From assembly GCA_038882655.1 (NCBI GenBank), contig JAVZNT010000005.1, forward strand, positions 1-44,968: 44,968 nucleotides of DNA, read 5' to 3'. Source of the DNA: Candidatus Bathyarchaeia archaeon. GTDB lineage: Archaea > Thermoproteota > Bathyarchaeia > Bathyarchaeales > Bathycorpusculaceae. The notes beneath the pieces were generated by a model. The model was given only the letters and a program-made list of their open reading frames with translations, did not search any database and was not told where the DNA came from. Each line of letters starts with the position of its first letter. The stretch's first letter is position 1. Position numbers and translations under genes: made by a program. Of this stretch, positions 9,426 through 19,546 are shown piece by piece.

Positions 9426-10613
9426 ATGACTGAACCGGAGCAGAAACAAAAGAAAATTCTAATTCTCTGCGTTGACAGAGATGGAGACCTAACGGCAAAA
9501 GCAGAAATAAAAACGCCGCTAATTGGAAGGGAAAAAAACCTTAATGCGGCTGTTTCCTTAGCATTAAAAGATCCAGAAGAGCCAGACGCCAACGCCATGT
9601 TTGAAGCTCTAAGAGTTTATGATCGCCTACTTAGCGAAAATAATCCGGATGAGGTCTTTGAAGTTGCAACAGTTTCCGGTTCAGAGTTGGGAAGCATCAG
9701 CGCTGACAGAAAAATAGTTGCCGAGTTAAACGAAGTCTTGAAGTCTTTCCCCGCTAGCGAGGTTATTCTCGTAACGGATGGTTATTCCGATGAAGCAGTT
9801 TTACCTCTAATAGAATCTAGAGTTCCAGTTTCGTCTGTAAGAAGAATAGTTGTTAAGCACAGCGAATCCATCGAGGAAACAGCTGCCCTATTTTCAAGAT
9901 ATTTTAAAATGATTTTGGAAAATCCCCGATACTCCCGCATAGCTTTAGGATTGCCTGGACTCCTCTTCCTAATCTTAGGCATTCTTGCAATATTCAACTT
10001 AGTCCATTACTATTTAATGGCTTTCATCATCGTTTTAGGAACATACATGTTCATCAAGGGCTTTGGAGTTGATAAAATGGTAAAAAAAGCTTATGTTTGG
10101 GTAAAGGAGTATTCTCCACCGCCTCTTCCTGTGCAGATTTCAGCGTTCTCCATGCTTGCGGGCATATTGTGTATGGCTATTGGCTTTTATCTGGGATATA
10201 ATGGGGCATCCGAAGTTATATCATCGTATGGCATAGACGTGTCCAACTGGTTGAACATTTTTTCACCGCTGGTTGCGGGCTTCTTTATTATGGATTCAAA
10301 AGACCTCGTAATTATTGGGATTTGTGTGGCATTAACTGGGAGGGCTATACGCTGGTATTTTGAAAGAGATTCGAGGCTTTTGCGCAATGCAGCCTTAATA
10401 GTGTTGGTTGGGTGGACGAGGCAGATTCTTGAATCAGCCTCCAACATTTTGATAAACCCAAAAATCGGCTACGAAGTTTTAATATTTTCAATTATCGTGG
10501 GCATTCTGCTCGGTGTTGCTTCACTGCTGATTATGGTTGTGATCCATAGGTCTGCGAAGGAATTTTTTAAGGAGTCTGAAGAGAAAGTTGAAGAGTTTAA
10601 GGAAGAAGGCTAG
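9426..10613 (+). CDS. DUF373 family membrane protein
   Basis: ILCVDRDGDL...P.IGRE.NL...DPEEPDANA, VTDGYSDE, then multiple TM helices. Confidence 0.88.
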   Translation: MTEPEQKQKKILILCVDRDGDLTAKAEIKTPLIGREKNLNAAVSLALKDPEEPDANAMFEALRVYDRLLSENNPDEVFEVATVSGSELGSISADRKIVAELNEVLKSFPASEVILVTDGYSDEAVLPLIESRVPVSSVRRIVVKHSESIEETAALFSRYFKMILENPRYSRIALGLPGLLFLILGILAIFNLVHYYLMAFIIVLGTYMFIKGFGVDKMVKKAYVWVKEYSPPPLPVQISAFSMLAGILCMAIGFYLGYNGASEVISSYGIDVSNWLNIFSPLVAGFFIMDSKDLVIIGICVALTGRAIRWYFERDSRLLRNAALIVLVGWTRQILESASNILINPKIGYEVLIFSIIVGILLGVASLLIMVVIHRSAKEFFKESEEKVEEFKEEG

Positions 10614-11385
10614 AGTCGCAGTTATTGGTGGAACAGGCTTTGAGAAACTTTTCGCAAACTTTGAAAAGGTTATTGTTGGGACTCCATATGGGGTTTCTCC
10701 GCCGTTATTTGTTGGAGAAATTAGTGGCAAAGACGTTGTTTTCCTTCCAAGACATGGTCTTGAGCATTCTGTTCCCCCGCATAAGGTTAATTATAGAGCG
10801 AACATTTACGCGCTGTATAAGGTCGGTGTGGAAAGAATTGTAGCCGTCAATGCTGTGGGCGGGATAAACACGCGCTTAAAACCGGGCGACATTGTTGTTC
10901 CTCATGATTTCGCAGATTTTACGAAGATGCGTCTCACAACTTTTTATGATGAAGCCCCAGTTATACATATCGATGTCTCTCAACCCTACTGCCCAGAAAT
11001 TCGCAAAATCCTAATTGAAACTGCGAAAAGGCTTGGTTTGACTGTTCGTCCTAGGGCTGTGCTCGTTTGCACCGAAGGTCCGCGTTTTGAAACTCCTGCT
11101 GAGATTGAGATGTTTAGGCGTTTAGGCTTTGATATCGTCGGCATGACTGGGTTGCCAGAAGCTGTGCTTGCCCGAGAGCTTGAAATTTGTTACGCATGCG
11201 TCTGTTTTGTTTCTAATATGGCGGCTGGCATGCAGGAGCGTTTAATACCAAAGGAGGTTTTTGACATTTCACTGGTGGTTCAGCCTAAAATAGAGCAACT
11301 TTTAATTAAGACCGTTGAGGCTTTACCAGTTGAACGGAAAAGTTGCCCATGCGTAGACGCGCTTAAAAATGCGAGGCTCAAATAA
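10588..11385 (+). CDS. mtnP: S-methyl-5'-thioadenosine/thioinosine phosphorylase (MTAP family)
   Basis: IGGTG, FLPRHG.HS.PPH.VNYRAN, EGPRFETPAE and VGMT..PE motifs. Confidence 0.9.
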   Translation: MKSLRKKARVAVIGGTGFEKLFANFEKVIVGTPYGVSPPLFVGEISGKDVVFLPRHGLEHSVPPHKVNYRANIYALYKVGVERIVAVNAVGGINTRLKPGDIVVPHDFADFTKMRLTTFYDEAPVIHIDVSQPYCPEIRKILIETAKRLGLTVRPRAVLVCTEGPRFETPAEIEMFRRLGFDIVGMTGLPEAVLARELEICYACVCFVSNMAAGMQERLIPKEVFDISLVVQPKIEQLLIKTVEALPVERKSCPCVDALKNARLK

Positions 11386-12168
11386 ATGCTAAGATCAATA
11401 CTTTCAGCTGTTGGCGCATACAAGCTTTATGAGAGGTGGCTTTGGCACCAAGTTAAGAACGGTGTAAAGCCAGAGCACATTGCCATAATCTTGGACGGGA
11501 ATAGAAGGTGGGCTTTAGAGAAAGACCTTAACCCATGGTACGGCCACAAGGAAGGCGCTGAAAAAGTTGAGAAGCTCCTCGAATGGTGCTTGAAACTTAA
11601 TGTTAAGTCTATAACGCTGTATGCTTTTTCGACAGAGAACTTTCGCCGCCCACGAGAGGAAGTTGAAGAGATTATGCAGATTGCCTCGGAAAAACTTCAG
11701 AAAATCATAACAGATGAAAGAATCCACAAGAACAAAGTTCGAGTTAAAGTCATCGGAAGAACGAATTTGCTTCCAGAGAATTTGCAGAAAATTATAGCCG
11801 ACGTGGAGAAAGCAACACAGAACTACGATAAACACTTTTTAAACATAGCCTTCGCCTATGGTGGGAGAGCCGAGATAGTGGATGCTGCAAAGAAAATTGC
11901 TGAAAGAATCAAGAAAAAAGAGCTAGCTCCAGAAGACGTTGATGAAGAACTATTTGAGCAGCACCTCTACACTTCACACCTGCCGAAACAAGACCCAGAC
12001 TTGATTATAAGGACCTCTGGAGAGGAGAGACTTAGCGGTTTCTTATTGTGGCAGTCAGCCTATAGCGAGCTATGCTTTCTGGATGTTTATTGGCCAGACT
12101 TCCGTCTAATCGACCTTTTGAGGGCTGTTAGAACCTTTCAGAAGCGGAAAAGGCGTTTCGGCGCCTAA
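11386..12168 (+). CDS. uppS: cis-prenyltransferase (polyprenyl diphosphate synthase)
   Basis: HIAIILDGNRRWA, FSTENF.R and RTSGEERLSGFLLWQ motifs. Confidence 0.96.
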   Translation: MLRSILSAVGAYKLYERWLWHQVKNGVKPEHIAIILDGNRRWALEKDLNPWYGHKEGAEKVEKLLEWCLKLNVKSITLYAFSTENFRRPREEVEEIMQIASEKLQKIITDERIHKNKVRVKVIGRTNLLPENLQKIIADVEKATQNYDKHFLNIAFAYGGRAEIVDAAKKIAERIKKKELAPEDVDEELFEQHLYTSHLPKQDPDLIIRTSGEERLSGFLLWQSAYSELCFLDVYWPDFRLIDLLRAVRTFQKRKRRFGA

Positions 12169-12178
12169 ATTTGGTGGA

Positions 12179-13402
12179 TTATGCTCTTTTTTTGGCGCTT
12201 ACTATTGAGATGACGTCTCTATCCTTAAGTATGTAATCTTCTCCGACGCGTTTTCTTTCTCTGGCTTCTATGGCGTAGATGAAGCTTTCGCCAAGCTCTG
12301 TGTGGATTAGGTAGGCGAGTTCACGGGCTGTTGTTCCGTAAGGCACTAGGTAGGCGTCTGGCAAAACTCTTCCATGATGGTCGGATAGGTGCTCTAAATC
12401 CTCGACTGGATAAACTGTAATCATGTTTAAGAGTTTAAAGTACGCCATGTTTACCGCTTCTTGAACGCCAGTGGAGCCGAATCTCAGCAAAACCTTCTCC
12501 CTAATTCTTTCTAAGGCTTTAAGTTGACTTTCACTAAGCTTCTCTGGATTATTGATTTTAAAGCTGCAGTCTCCTGGCCTGTAATCTATGAGTTTTTTCT
12601 CGGCAGCCCTTCGCAGTGCAAGTTCGGCTTCAGCGCAGCATGGAACGACAAGGTAGTTTAGCTTTTTGAGTCTTTCAAGGTTTTCCTCGGCTGTAGGCAC
12701 ATCCATCTTGTTTGCCGCTATAAGCATTGGCTTTGCAATCTGCCTTAAAGTGGTAATGAACCTTAAGAAGTCTTCCTCGCTCCAGCTTGTGGGTTTGTCA
12801 GCGTTTAAACAGGTTCTTCTTGTAGCTTCGAAAATGTGGGCTCTTCTAATGGCTAGACCGCTGAGTCTCTCCTCTAAAATTGAAATTAGGTCTGTTGACC
12901 CGGATTCAGCTGTTCTTGCGATTTTTGCCCAATCTTTTTTGAGGATATTTGCCATCCACATGGTTATTTCATGTTCGAGAAACTTTACATCTTCCACAGG
13001 GTCGTGTTCACCGGGTTTGCAGATTCTCCCCTCGCAATCTGTTCCACCAGAGGCGTCCACGATGTGGATTAGCACGTCTGCCTTCCTTATCTCATCTAAG
13101 AACTGGTTGCCTAAGCCTCTTCCCTGCCATGCGCCCGGAACCAGTCCGGCACAGTCAATGAACTCAACTGGGATTAGGCGGATTCCTTCGAGGCATAAAG
13201 AGTTTGCTGGCGTGTCTTTTACTCTAAACTCTTTGCAGACGCACGGCGTTCTCACATAGCCTACGCCTCTGTTGGGCTTTATTGTTGTGAAGGGATAGTT
13301 TGCAATTTCAGCCGGTGCGAGAGTTGCAGCGCTGAAGAATGTTGATTTTCCAGTGTTAGGTTTTCCAACAATCCCTAATAGCCTTGAGTAAGACTTTTGC
13401 AT
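12179..13402 (-). CDS. ychF: YchF/Obg-family translation-associated NTPase
   Basis: GKPNTGKSTF, NYPFTT, DCAGLVPGA, NKMD; C-terminal TGS domain. Confidence 0.92.
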   Translation of the reverse strand: MQKSYSRLLGIVGKPNTGKSTFFSAATLAPAEIANYPFTTIKPNRGVGYVRTPCVCKEFRVKDTPANSLCLEGIRLIPVEFIDCAGLVPGAWQGRGLGNQFLDEIRKADVLIHIVDASGGTDCEGRICKPGEHDPVEDVKFLEHEITMWMANILKKDWAKIARTAESGSTDLISILEERLSGLAIRRAHIFEATRRTCLNADKPTSWSEEDFLRFITTLRQIAKPMLIAANKMDVPTAEENLERLKKLNYLVVPCCAEAELALRRAAEKKLIDYRPGDCSFKINNPEKLSESQLKALERIREKVLLRFGSTGVQEAVNMAYFKLLNMITVYPVEDLEHLSDHHGRVLPDAYLVPYGTTARELAYLIHTELGESFIYAIEARERKRVGEDYILKDRDVISIVSAKKRA

Positions 13403-14809
13403 TTAAACCCACGTTACATTAATGTTAAATGTAACTGTGGCTATATGGCTTGTGTAAACCCTTCCAGATAAACCCTTTCTAGGACGCCTAAAAAAGACTA
13501 TTAAAATGAGCACTAACGCAATAAGGATGCCCATATACAAGGCAAAAGCTTTAAAGATGAGCATCCAAACGTCATATAAGGCTTGTTCTGCATTTTCAAG
13601 CGCTAATAAGGCGTTTGAACTCGCAATTTGAGCTGATGTCCCCCATGTGTCTACAGCGTTTTGAACATGGATTTTCGCATTTAGAAGCTTTTGCTCAACC
13701 TCTCGCGTTTCAGACGAGAAAACAATGGATGCTCCGAAAATTTTTCCAATAGAAATGGCTGTCTCCGCCTGCTTAATCCTCTGAACCGCGGCAGTGATGT
13801 TCTGGGCAAAAATATAATCGTCGAATGCGCTTGGCTTAAGCGCGGTCAATTGAATCATTTGTCCATTCACAAGTCCTGAGGTATCTGTGCCGTTAATATA
13901 GTAGTTCGAGTATGGTATAGTTTCGGGTATACTCCAAATAGAGCTGAAGTGTTTATTGTCCATGGCGTTAAAGAGCTGCCATGTGGCGTCTACGGGTATC
14001 CATCCATAATTTTCAAGATAGTATTCAGCCCACATGTGTCCATCTTCCAAAACTTGTCCAGCATAATGGAAAGCGAAACCAGCTTGAACCCTTGCTGGAA
14101 TTCCGGCAGCCCTACACAAGGCAACAAACAGGTAGGAGTATTCAGAGCAGTCCCCTACGCGATTTTCTAAAGCCCATAGGGCGCCTCTTTCCTCATCTTG
14201 TACTTCATACTGCAAATAGTTAATCACAAAACTATAAATCAGACGCGCCTTTTCATAGAGGTTTTCTACACCTTGCGTTATATCCCGTGCCTTTTCGACA
14301 ATTTCTCTATTGTCCGACTCTATGAGTTCTTCGGGCTGTGTGTATTTAATGTAAAGCTCAGAACTTTCATCATAACTTCTTATCATGCTAGAGTTGACCG
14401 TATAGGTGGTGCTGAAGGAAAGAACACGGTAATTAAGTTCCACGGTGAAAGTTTGACCTTGTGGAATTATCAAGTTCTTCCAGTAAACGTACATGTTTCC
14501 AGAACCATCTAATAGGTGACTATAGTTCTTTGTCGACTCAACATTGTAAAGTATGGCATAGTGTCTTGCAGTTTCGTTATTAACCAGTGGAACGTAAAGG
14601 TTCACACCATCAACCCTACGTTGTGTTAAATTCGTAATTTTAATTACATGTTTAAGCTCGCCGATAAAAACATCATTAACAACATATTTTAGGAAACTCG
14701 ATTTTTCAGAATTTATGGCATACTGGGCGTTCTTCGATAAGATAAGTGGATGGAAACATAATAGAACAACTATTATGAACGCAACGGTCGGCGGAAAGAC
14801 TGTTTTCAT
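13403..14809 (-). CDS. Exported, membrane-anchored transglutaminase-like protein
   Basis: Signal peptide; GDCSEY / GHMWAE / PVDAT Cys-His-Asp triad; C-terminal TM. Confidence 0.85.
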   Translation of the reverse strand: MKTVFPPTVAFIIVVLLCFHPLILSKNAQYAINSEKSSFLKYVVNDVFIGELKHVIKITNLTQRRVDGVNLYVPLVNNETARHYAILYNVESTKNYSHLLDGSGNMYVYWKNLIIPQGQTFTVELNYRVLSFSTTYTVNSSMIRSYDESSELYIKYTQPEELIESDNREIVEKARDITQGVENLYEKARLIYSFVINYLQYEVQDEERGALWALENRVGDCSEYSYLFVALCRAAGIPARVQAGFAFHYAGQVLEDGHMWAEYYLENYGWIPVDATWQLFNAMDNKHFSSIWSIPETIPYSNYYINGTDTSGLVNGQMIQLTALKPSAFDDYIFAQNITAAVQRIKQAETAISIGKIFGASIVFSSETREVEQKLLNAKIHVQNAVDTWGTSAQIASSNALLALENAEQALYDVWMLIFKAFALYMGILIALVLILIVFFRRPRKGLSGRVYTSHIATVTFNINVTWV

Positions 14810-14859
14810 CTTTATCCTTAAATCAAACGCTCGGGAAGTAAATAAATTATTCGAGAAGA

Positions 14860-15297
14860 CTAGTCTTCCGGGGTTTGGGCTGCAAATTCTATGGCTTGGA
14901 TTAGCCCCCTCGCTATTGATAGGAGGTTTATTACAACCATTATTGCCAGCAACGGAATGAACTCCACAGTGAAGGTGAAGCCTTCAAGATTTATAGTGAA
15001 GACGCCGAAGTTTGTTGAATAGGCAAGATAGACTATTATGAAGAAGGACCTAAAGATGATAAGGATATATTTGTAGATGGTGCCTTCGCTTACTCTTGTG
15101 GCGAAGGTGAAGAAAAGCGATACATAAACAAAAATCCAATACAACGTTGAAAACTGTTGGAAAATTGGTCCTAAGAAATTTGAAAGCAAAAGCCAAATAA
15201 TGAGCCATCCTACTCCATAAATGGCTGTTATAGCTCCAGCCTTAACAATCTTGATAACAAGTTTTCGACGAGTAGATTTAGCTTCAGCTTCGTTCAT
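14860..15297 (-). CDS. Hypothetical 4-TM membrane protein
   Basis: Four hydrophobic segments; overlaps the upstream gene. Confidence 0.75.
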   Translation of the reverse strand: MNEAEAKSTRRKLVIKIVKAGAITAIYGVGWLIIWLLLSNFLGPIFQQFSTLYWIFVYVSLFFTFATRVSEGTIYKYILIIFRSFFIIVYLAYSTNFGVFTINLEGFTFTVEFIPLLAIMVVINLLSIARGLIQAIEFAAQTPED

Positions 15298-16057
15298 GGA
15301 GACCCCAACGCTTTTCGAAGATTAGCACGTCCGCAAAGTATAGGCGAATTATACCATCTGGGGTTAATCCGAAGACGGGTATTTCAAACAGCTTTGCATA
15401 AGGTTCTTTAGGGGGCACATTGAGGCTTAGCTCTGTTGAATATAATAGAACATTTGAAGAGTTATAAAGTTCCAACTTCAATGGTCCTCCGCTTAAAGGA
15501 AAAGAGGCATTGTTGAAGAAGCTTACCTGAAAGGACGCATGCGTCAAATTAAAACTGACCTGAGATATGGTTAAGTTGCTGAAGGGCGCATCCCACCTGT
15601 AAGTAAAGTTTTTGGCGACGTTAAAGGCTAGCACGTTAGCCACTCGAAAATGCAAGGAAACATCAATATTCAAGTCTGTACTATTTGTTAAGAGCTCCAA
15701 ACCCTTTGTAAGCGCGTCCGTCAAGCTAACAGAGGCACTTAAATTAGACTCGACCATTCTTCCAGCAGGAATATCTAGTGGTTGTGTTGAAAATTCTATA
15801 ATTTCCCCATTCTTATAGCATATCCTTATCTTCACATACAATTCCGAAATGTCATAAAAGCCTGTATTATTCATGTAGAAGGGCACCGAGATTGAAAAGT
15901 TTTCATCCGACACAGAGAAGCTAGGCTCTCCTATTCCCACGTTATTCCTCGCTTCGAAAATCTCCAAGAGTGAAAGAGCCACGGTCACTGGCAGGAGTAA
16001 AACAGCTATCCATAGAACTACGATTATTAATCTTAAGGCTCTAGCCGTATGCCGCAA
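15284..16057 (-). CDS. Hypothetical membrane-anchored beta-rich extracellular protein
   Basis: N-terminal TM; many N-x-S/T sequons. Confidence 0.75.
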   Translation of the reverse strand: MRHTARALRLIIVVLWIAVLLLPVTVALSLLEIFEARNNVGIGEPSFSVSDENFSISVPFYMNNTGFYDISELYVKIRICYKNGEIIEFSTQPLDIPAGRMVESNLSASVSLTDALTKGLELLTNSTDLNIDVSLHFRVANVLAFNVAKNFTYRWDAPFSNLTISQVSFNLTHASFQVSFFNNASFPLSGGPLKLELYNSSNVLLYSTELSLNVPPKEPYAKLFEIPVFGLTPDGIIRLYFADVLIFEKRWGLHERS

Positions 16058-16089
16058 TGCTGGATTCCTCTTATCCTACGTTAGCATTT

Positions 16090-16482
16090 TCAACTTTTCT
16101 TTTCTTCTGGTTTCGGCTGCTGGGCTTGTTGTGGCAGTTGAGGGGTTTGAGGGGGCGAAACTTGTTGGAGTTTCGTAGGCGGAGGCGATGGAGGTGAAAT
16201 TGGTTTTGCCTTTACCTCTTTGTAGAGCTGTATGCCCCTCATCGTTGTAATTGAACCAGTCCAGCCCATTATGCCTAAGAACATGATTTTAATAACAGCC
16301 TCAACTATTGGTCCAAAAATTTGTCCCAGGGCTTCTGAAATGTTTGTGGATGTTATTATGCGTGCAACGGATTCCAGTTTCAGATAAGCCATTATGAAAG
16401 TTATGACCAACAAGAGCAAGCCTACAGCTATGAGGATGTATGCCACAAGCTCTGCCCTTTCCATTTTCACTTCCAACACCAC
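16090..16482 (-). CDS. Hypothetical 2-TM protein with a Pro/Gln-rich tail
   Basis: Two hydrophobic helices followed by PPSPPP/QQ low-complexity sequence. Confidence 0.75.
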   Translation of the reverse strand: MVLEVKMERAELVAYILIAVGLLLLVITFIMAYLKLESVARIITSTNISEALGQIFGPIVEAVIKIMFLGIMGWTGSITTMRGIQLYKEVKAKPISPPSPPPTKLQQVSPPQTPQLPQQAQQPKPEEKKS

Positions 16483-16599
16483 TTATCTGCTTTGAGGCTA
16501 TTCTACGTTTAATACTAGTATAAAAGCAATATGATGTTCCAATAATGATTTTGCAAAAGTCTTAAGTGTTCTGATGGCTGTGAAAACCATTGATTCAAA

Positions 16600-17625
16600 A
16601 TGAAAGCCGCCGTATATCACAGCCAATCCGACATTAGAATCGAGGAAATGCCAATCCCTCAAATTGGCGATGACGAGGCTCTTGTTAAGATGAAAGCTTG
16701 TGGAATCTGCGGTTCTGATTTAATGGATTGGTACTTGAGAAATCGCGCTCCACTGGTTCTTGGACACGAACCGGCAGGCGTTATTGTTGAGAAAGGTGAA
16801 AATGTTAAAAGTTTTGATATCGGCGATAGAGTTTTCGTTCACCATCATGTGGCATGTTTGAAATGCCACTACTGCCTGCATGGCGATTACACTCTATGCG
16901 AACAGTTTCACAAAACAAACATTTTTCCTGGAGGTTTCGCCGAATACTTCAAGGTTCCAGCCCCAAATCTTCAACTAGACACGTTGAAAATTCCAGACAG
17001 CCTATCTTTCGAAGAAGCCACCCTAATCGAACCCGTGGGCTGTTGCATAAGAGCCATAAAAAAATGCGGAATTAAGAAAGGCGACTCTGTTGCGGTGATA
17101 GGTGCTGGGACAACAGGCATAATTCAAACAGTTTTAGCCAAGATTTATGGCGCTGGTAAAATCGTTGTAAGCGACTTGGTTGACTTCCGATTGAAACTTG
17201 CTGAGAGATTCGGAGCCGACGTCGCCGTAAATCCACTAAACAATGATTTAGCCGCAGTTGTACGGAAAGAAATCGATGGTAGGGGCGTTGACCTAGCAAT
17301 TGTTACAGCCCCAAGCCTAGAAGCCTACAAGACTGGGTTGGGCATATGTAGAAAAGGCGGGAAACTCTGCGTTTTCGCCCCAACAGAGCCAGGAAAAATT
17401 TTGGAGATAAGCCCAAAACAGCTTTTCTTTAATGAGCTGCAGATAATTCCTTCCTATTCAACTTCCCACGTGGAAACCAAAGAAGCCCTAAAGCTGATAA
17501 AATCTGGAAAGATACACGTTAAGGATTTGATAACCCATTGCTTTCCGCTTGAGGAGACTGCCAAAGCCTTTAAAACTGCTCTGAAGGATAAAGAAAGCCT
17601 AAAGGTCATTGTGATTGGCAAGTGA
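16600..17625 (+). CDS. Zn-dependent medium-chain (polyol-type) dehydrogenase
   Basis: CGSD, GHE, CxxCxxC-x7-C and GAGTTG motifs. Confidence 0.93.
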   Translation: MKAAVYHSQSDIRIEEMPIPQIGDDEALVKMKACGICGSDLMDWYLRNRAPLVLGHEPAGVIVEKGENVKSFDIGDRVFVHHHVACLKCHYCLHGDYTLCEQFHKTNIFPGGFAEYFKVPAPNLQLDTLKIPDSLSFEEATLIEPVGCCIRAIKKCGIKKGDSVAVIGAGTTGIIQTVLAKIYGAGKIVVSDLVDFRLKLAERFGADVAVNPLNNDLAAVVRKEIDGRGVDLAIVTAPSLEAYKTGLGICRKGGKLCVFAPTEPGKILEISPKQLFFNELQIIPSYSTSHVETKEALKLIKSGKIHVKDLITHCFPLEETAKAFKTALKDKESLKVIVIGK

Positions 17626-17631
17626 AAGGTT

Positions 17632-18660
17632 ATGAAGGCAGCCATGCTTTACGGAGTTAAAGACCTAAGAGTCGAAGATGTGGAAACTCCAAAGGTTGGG
17701 GCTGGCGAAGTCCTTGTTCGAGTTAAGGCTGCCACAACATGCGGTACAGACCTGAAGATTTTCCAGCGGGGCTACGTTGAAAAGGTGATAAAGCTTCCAA
17801 CAGTTTTTGGACATGAATGGGCAGGCGAAGTTGTTGAAGTCGGCGAAAGAATAGAATGGCCGAGAAGGGGCATGAGGGTTCGTGCTGGCAACAGTGCTCC
17901 ATGCCTGCGCTGTTTCATGTGCGGTAAAGGCAAGTATAATTTATGTGAGAACATGATTTGGCTTTGGGGAGCCTACGCCGAATACATAAAGGTTCCAGCT
18001 CACATGGTCCGCGTCAACATGCAAGAAGTTCCACCGCACATATCTTATGAGGAGGCTGCCATAACAGAACCTTTGGCATGCGTGCTTCATGGAGTGGAAG
18101 AGGCGAGGGTTAGGCTCGGCGACTTTGTGGCAATTATCGGCGCTGGACCAATAGGACTGCTGCACCTTTTAACGGTTAAAAAAATAGGCGCTGAAAAGGT
18201 CATAATGATAGACCTCGTTGATGAAAGGTTGGAATTTGCCAAAAGGATCGGAGCAGCCGAAACCATAAATGCTGGAAAGGAAAATGTTAAAGAGGCTGTC
18301 CGCAAGGCAACAGGCGGCTATGGAGCAGACGTTGTTATTGAGGCTATTGGGCAGCCAGCCACATGGGAGCAAGCCCTAAAACTTGTCAGGAAAGGCGGAA
18401 CAGTCCTAGAGTTTGGCGGATGCCCGCCCGGGACGGAAGTGCGGTTTAACGCTGAACAACTCCATTACGAGGAAACTACCGTACTGGGCGCATTTCACGC
18501 CACGCCCCTCCACTTTAGAAGAGCCCTAAACCTAATAACCTCAAGAGCAATTGACGTTAGACCATTAATAACAAGAAGGATGCAGCTGGACGAAATTAAG
18601 GAAGCCTTCCAAATTCTCGCCACATCAAAAAGTGAAATTAAAATTGCGATAATCCCGTAA
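17632..18660 (+). CDS. Zn-dependent medium-chain (polyol-type) dehydrogenase
   Basis: CGTD, GHE, CxxCxxC-x7-C and GAGPIG motifs. Confidence 0.93.
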   Translation: MKAAMLYGVKDLRVEDVETPKVGAGEVLVRVKAATTCGTDLKIFQRGYVEKVIKLPTVFGHEWAGEVVEVGERIEWPRRGMRVRAGNSAPCLRCFMCGKGKYNLCENMIWLWGAYAEYIKVPAHMVRVNMQEVPPHISYEEAAITEPLACVLHGVEEARVRLGDFVAIIGAGPIGLLHLLTVKKIGAEKVIMIDLVDERLEFAKRIGAAETINAGKENVKEAVRKATGGYGADVVIEAIGQPATWEQALKLVRKGGTVLEFGGCPPGTEVRFNAEQLHYEETTVLGAFHATPLHFRRALNLITSRAIDVRPLITRRMQLDEIKEAFQILATSKSEIKIAIIP

Positions 18661-18674
18661 TCAGCTTCGCGAAA

Positions 18675-19148
18675 GTGCTATTAGGAGTAAACATGCAAAT
18701 TACTGTATTGGTGCCATGCGTGAAGTTTACGTACACAGGCATCCGCGTCAGAAACCTAGAACGCTCAATAGAGTTTTACACAAAAACAATGGGCATGAAA
18801 ATATTGCGCAGAGGCAAAATGGAAGCAGGCGGCATCTACGTGCAACTCAAAAGCGAAAGATCACCGCAGATTTTGGAGCTAAACTATTACCCGCCTGGAA
18901 CAAAGTTCTATGAGGAATACGTTGCTGGTTCCGAGCTTGACCATCTGGCTTTTTGGTGCAAAGACGTCCGAAAAGAGTATGAGCGGGTTCTTGCCAGCGG
19001 CGCGACCACGGCTGTTGAGCCTTGGGATGAGAGTGGCTATACGTTGGCGTTTGTTAGAGACCCCGACGGAATTTGGATTGAGCTTATAGGACAAGCCTCC
19101 AAAAAAAATAGTTTAAACTACGCCTTAAAGCATGGTTGGCGGAAATGA
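18675..19148 (+). CDS. VOC/glyoxalase family protein (start uncertain)
   Basis: YTGIRV.NLERSIEFY, LELNY, HLAF and FVRDPDGIWIEL motifs. Confidence 0.88.
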   Translation: MLLGVNMQITVLVPCVKFTYTGIRVRNLERSIEFYTKTMGMKILRRGKMEAGGIYVQLKSERSPQILELNYYPPGTKFYEEYVAGSELDHLAFWCKDVRKEYERVLASGATTAVEPWDESGYTLAFVRDPDGIWIELIGQASKKNSLNYALKHGWRK

Positions 19149-19543
19149 CCGCGTCTAAAGGCTTAATTTTAAGAATAGCCACTAAAGAGTGGGTTGAAAG
19201 GGTATTCGACTCAGCCATTTATTATACTGGAGCCCGTAGAAAATGGCAATCTGGGCAAACAGTGGTTTTTGTTAGCAAGACGGAGGTTGGCGACTCCTTC
19301 ATCGGCTATGGCGTAATAGAAAATGTTTACAGGAAAGAGGAGCTTTCAGAAGAAGAGCAAAAGGAATGCGAAACCCACGGATGGCGGAAAGCCCTCGAAT
19401 TCAAATACCTTTTAAGATTTAAAAAGCCCTTGCCCTTGAAGGAAACATTCTTAAAAGACTTGAAGCTTCGCGGAAAGGTACTTCATGGTTTACCGTTAAC
19501 ATTAGAACAGTTAAATGCCATCATAAATCAGGCTGAAGGATGA
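19136..19543 (+). CDS. PUA/EVE/ASCH-like domain protein
   Basis: GQTVVFVSK...FIGYGVI...F.KPLPL pattern typical of EVE/ASCH folds. Confidence 0.55.
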   Translation: MAEMTASKGLILRIATKEWVERVFDSAIYYTGARRKWQSGQTVVFVSKTEVGDSFIGYGVIENVYRKEELSEEEQKECETHGWRKALEFKYLLRFKKPLPLKETFLKDLKLRGKVLHGLPLTLEQLNAIINQAEG

Positions 19544-19546
19544 CTT

